The notes below the pieces were generated by a model, which was not told the origin of the DNA, made no database searches, and saw only the letters and a program-made list of their open reading frames with translations. A DNA stretch of 64,000 nt from a virus (Duplodnaviria > Heunggongvirae > Uroviricota > Caudoviricetes), in IMG/VR virus record IMGVR_UViG_2690316068_000001, positions 1-64,000 of that record; one strand, 5' to 3'. Positions 60,908 through 64,000 of this stretch are shown one piece after another. The translations under genes and the position numbers were made by a program. The number at the start of each line of letters is the position of its first letter. Within the stretch, counting starts at the first letter, position 1.

Positions 60908-61492
60908 TCAAAATCCCCTGTTATCGTTTTGCATTTCTCTAATCCGGTTCAGAACTACTTCGTGCTGGACTTGGATAGCGGCTTTTTCGTTTTCAAGCCG
61001 GGCAATAGACATCTCTAATTCTTTGCTGTACCAGGCGAGCTGGGCCAGGTTCATCCGGTTGTGGTCGAGAGTTGGAGACACTTCGACGCGATCCCTTTCT
61101 TCCTGCTTTAATGAGAAGAGATTTATCTCATCCCTTGAGGAAAATTCAGCAACAATTTCTTGTTGATGATCCGGTCGCTGCGGCATCCTCGCCAGTATAA
61201 ATGGCGGTTCTTTTGAAAACATGAATGTCGGTTCAGACCGTGTTTTTACCCAGCTTGCCTGCTGTCTTTCGGCAAGTTCACAGGCTTCATCATAGTTATC
61301 TGCCAAACAAAGCACGGATGGACGGTCCCACGCCCCACCATTCAGACAATAAACTACAATTTTCCCGTCAGGTTGTGTAACCCCATATGGATGGTCCCAC
61401 CAGGCGTCCAGCTGAGCTTTAGAGCGTTTCTCGTTAGGAGTGCAGTCAAAATTTTTGGGCAATACAGGATCGAGAGGAATGCGATTAGGCAT
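60908..61492 (-). CDS. Hypothetical protein with C-terminal coiled coil (AT-rich gene)
   Basis: 194-aa ORF divergent from humD. Confidence 0.45.
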   Translation of the reverse strand: MPNRIPLDPVLPKNFDCTPNEKRSKAQLDAWWDHPYGVTQPDGKIVVYCLNGGAWDRPSVLCLADNYDEACELAERQQASWVKTRSEPTFMFSKEPPFILARMPQRPDHQQEIVAEFSSRDEINLFSLKQEERDRVEVSPTLDHNRMNLAQLAWYSKELEMSIARLENEKAAIQVQHEVVLNRIREMQNDNRGF

Positions 61493-61627
61493 AGCTAATT
61501 CCTTATTAACTGATTGGCAACGAGGTTACGCTGATCCGTTGGTGATGAATAGTAGCAAAGAGCACAAAATCATCAGCGGTGGTTGATGTACGTAACGCGT
61601 TTGCACCAAAGGTGTCTCTTTAATGTA

Positions 61628-61647
61628 TACTGTATAAATGAACAGTA
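61628..61647 (+). promoter_or_regulatory. LexA (SOS) box
   Basis: tactgtataaatgaacagta = CTGT-N8-ACAG, 20 bp upstream of humD start. Confidence 0.8.
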
Positions 61648-61666
61648 TTATTGAGGTGAAAACGCT

Positions 61667-62056
61667 ATGGGCTTCCCTTCTCCTGCGGCGGATTATGTTG
61701 AAAGCCGAATTTCTCTTGATCAGCAACTAATCAGGCATCCATCAGCAACCTACTTCATGCGGGCAGCTGATAGCCATCACCGTGAGGGAATATTGCAGGG
61801 TGCTTTGCTGGTGGTTGATTCCTCGCTTACTCCGGTTGATGGTTCTCTGCTTGTGTGCGCTATGGAGGGTGAATATCGCATAAAGAGATACAGGAAGTAT
61901 CCGCGCCAGCACCTGGAGGATTTAAGCACCGGGAAGAAAGAGGCGTTACCAGTAGATGACGATGGATGCACGGGCAGTAATGCTGTTTTTGGTGTGATCA
62001 CTCATGTCATCAATGATGCCCGAAGTGGGGAGTTTGATGATTGTCCGGTTATTTAA
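61667..62056 (+). CDS. humD: UmuD-like protein (processed UmuD-prime-type, no LexA-like cleavage region)
   Basis: 129 aa; S24 peptidase-like fold motifs (…GDSM-equivalent region, LVVDSSLTPVDGSLLV…). Confidence 0.75.
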   Translation: MGFPSPAADYVESRISLDQQLIRHPSATYFMRAADSHHREGILQGALLVVDSSLTPVDGSLLVCAMEGEYRIKRYRKYPRQHLEDLSTGKKEALPVDDDGCTGSNAVFGVITHVINDARSGEFDDCPVI

Positions 62057-62122
62057 GCTGCAAAGGGCTGGTGCTTTATGCCTGTGAGGTTTATAATTGT
62101 GTACACATAACGAGTACACGAG

Positions 62123-62350
62123 GTGTTTATGCAATCCATTAACTTCCGTACCGCGCGCGGCAACCTTTCTGAAGTGCTCAACAATGTTGAAGCCGGGGAA
62201 GAGGTTGAAATCACCCGCAGAGGCCGTGAGCCAGCAGTAATTGTCAGCAAGGCTACTTTCGAAGCCTACAAAAAAGCGGCGCTGGATGCTGAATTTGCAT
62301 CCCTGTTTGACACCCTGGACTCCACCAACAAGGAACTGGTTAACCGATAA
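62123..62350 (+). CDS. phd: Phd antitoxin
   Basis: [73 protein letters not shown]. Confidence 0.9.
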
Positions 62351-62730
62351 TGAGGCATATATCACCGGAAGAACTTATTGCGCTTCATGATGCGAATATA
62401 AGCCGCTACGGCGGCCTGCCTGGCATGTCAGATCCGGGCAGGGCAGAGGCCATTATCGGGAGAGTTCAGGCCAGAGTTGCCTACGAAGAGATCACCGACC
62501 TTTTCGAAGTCTCCGCCACCTACCTGGTGGCTACAGCGAGAGGGCATATATTCAATGATGCCAATAAGCGTACCGCGCTAAACAGCGCGCTGCTATTTCT
62601 ACGCCGTAACGGGGTGCAGGTATTTGATTCACCTGAACTGGCAGACCTTACTGTAGGCGCTGCGACTGGCGAGATATCTGTATCTTCTGTCGCCGACACG
62701 TTACGTAGATTGTATGGTTCTGCGGAGTAG
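62350..62730 (+). CDS. doc: Doc toxin (Fic-fold kinase)
   Basis: 126 aa, start overlaps phd stop; conserved HxFx(D/N)(A/G)NKR motif (HIFNDANKR). Confidence 0.9.
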
Positions 62731-62914
62731 ATTAATGGCACGCAAATACAACAAATTGTCCCTTGAAGCGTTAAAGATGCTTCTTGATGGCGTGAGTCGC
62801 CGCAAGGTAAAGCAATACCTGGTTGGTAAGCAAATTGGAGTCAGGACCGCTATTGCTGTGTTATGCCGTCAGGAAATGGTTGTGCTTAAACAGAGAATGC
62901 CGGGCAGCAGATAA
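62714..62914 (+). CDS. Small basic protein downstream of doc
   Basis: 66-aa ORF. Confidence 0.35.
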
Positions 62915-62941
62915 AGCCCAATCAGTGATTAAAGGTGTGAT

Positions 62942-63985
62942 GTGAAAGCCGTAATTACTCCCTTTGTACAGAAAGAGCTTGGCCTCGCCACGTTCAAAGT
63001 GGATCAGGAGGTCAGAAAACTGGTGGAGGCTGGCCGTAAATTTATCATGGAGCCGGTGCCGCGTGAGTTAATCGAGCACATGGAAGACGGCCTCGTTGTT
63101 ACCGAGCAAACCATGGCAACAAATGAGGCGTTGCAGCCGTTTTTTAACAGCGATGAACTGTTTCGCCGTATTGGTGGAATTGACGCGCTGGTGGCGTGGT
63201 TGCGTAGGAAAGAGGGTCAATGCCAGGCCGCAGATCGTAGTTGGTGTGACAACCATATTGTCCACGCTGAACGAGACAATAGCGCGGTGTTGTTGTGCTG
63301 GCATCACGATAACCATTACCGGATGCGTGGTTTTAATGAGCTGAAAGAAACGCTGCACAATAATCGCGTTAACTGGATACTGGATGTCGCCCGTCAGGAA
63401 ATGGGCCTTTCAAATAGCCATGATTTAAGTATTCAGGAGCTGTGCTGGTGGGCTTTCATGCGCAACATGATGCACCTGATGCCGGAAGAAGTCTGCCGCA
63501 TATCAATAAATAAGATGAAGGCTACTCCGCAGGATAGCGGACCTCTGAAAGAGGCGGATATTCGCCCGTATGACGATCGCGCTACAGCATATGTTCAGAT
63601 GATGGAAGAACGCGCCGCGCCGATGCGTGCAAAAGTATGCCCTGTGGATGTTGACTCCGACCCAGGTATGGCGCATTTCAAAATACCAAAACTTCAATCG
63701 CTAAAATTGCCCGAGTACATGGACTTTGTGGCTTCCCGTCCATGCTGTGGCTGTGGAGCTGCGGGAGCTGGCGCTCACATTACGCCTTATATCGTTCGTC
63801 ATAGTCGATTATGCGCGCATGACATTTATGCTATTCCTCTGTGCCAGTCATGCCAGCGTGATATTGAGCGTGACCGCGATAATTGGGAGAAGACGCACGG
63901 TAGGCTGGCGATGCATCAACGATTGTTCTTTGATTACGCGCTTGGAGTCGGCGCTATCACAAGTCACTCGTCGAGCGTTAGATAA
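62942..63985 (+). CDS. Cys-rich protein (DUF968-like, tentative)
   Basis: 347 aa; C-terminal CCGCG…C…H…CxxC cluster. Confidence 0.4.
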   Translation: MKAVITPFVQKELGLATFKVDQEVRKLVEAGRKFIMEPVPRELIEHMEDGLVVTEQTMATNEALQPFFNSDELFRRIGGIDALVAWLRRKEGQCQAADRSWCDNHIVHAERDNSAVLLCWHHDNHYRMRGFNELKETLHNNRVNWILDVARQEMGLSNSHDLSIQELCWWAFMRNMMHLMPEEVCRISINKMKATPQDSGPLKEADIRPYDDRATAYVQMMEERAAPMRAKVCPVDVDSDPGMAHFKIPKLQSLKLPEYMDFVASRPCCGCGAAGAGAHITPYIVRHSRLCAHDIYAIPLCQSCQRDIERDRDNWEKTHGRLAMHQRLFFDYALGVGAITSHSSSVR

Positions 63986-63986
63986 A

Positions 63987-64000
63987 ATTGCTCTAATGTA
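63987..64000 (+). promoter_or_regulatory. C1-operator-like motif, truncated by window end (attgctctaatgta)
   Basis: Partial consensus match immediately after the last ORF. Confidence 0.4.

Overview
This window reads as a near-contiguous ~64 kb stretch of a bacteriophage P1-like phage-plasmid (Enterobacteriaceae), not a chromosomal island; I found no clearly new system, and the features below are the ones I can support from the sequence. Hallmarks visible in the sequence: an iteron-regulated RepA replicon (286-aa RepA flanked by 19-bp GATGTGTGCTGGAGGGA-type iterons, DnaA boxes and a GATC cluster), a ParA/ParB partition operon with a parS-like site, a KilA/RepL lytic replicon preceded by an icd/antirepressor immunity module with c4-type antisense target repeats, a Phd/Doc toxin-antitoxin pair, a LexA box in front of a UmuD-like gene, a fused C5/N6 DNA methyltransferase (Dmt-like), three tRNA genes (Asn-GUU, Thr-UGU, Ile-CAU) upstream of a DnaB-like helicase (Ban-like), and a dispersed 17-bp motif (ATTGCTCTAATAAATTT-like) that matches the P1 C1 operator consensus as I recall it. 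The left end holds a tail-fibre host-range module with an invertible-segment layout (inverted repeats at 1-255 and 3955-4209; the recombinase is not in the window), followed by a long minus-strand tail/baseplate operon. The most interesting things not explained by the ORF table are: (1) a Hok/Gef-family type I toxin with an overlapping mok frame next to the lytic replicon; (2) a family of at least five long hairpins with covarying stems and conserved flanks interleaved with the tRNA genes; (3) an AT-rich secreted-protein cassette, one member of which carries a short copy of an internal segment of the tape-measure/transglycosylase protein; (4) AT-rich islets containing unannotated small membrane peptides and a two-gene module of unknown function. 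All gene-family calls come from reading the translated ORFs by eye; no database search was run, so P1 gene names for structural genes are left blank unless the identification is strong.
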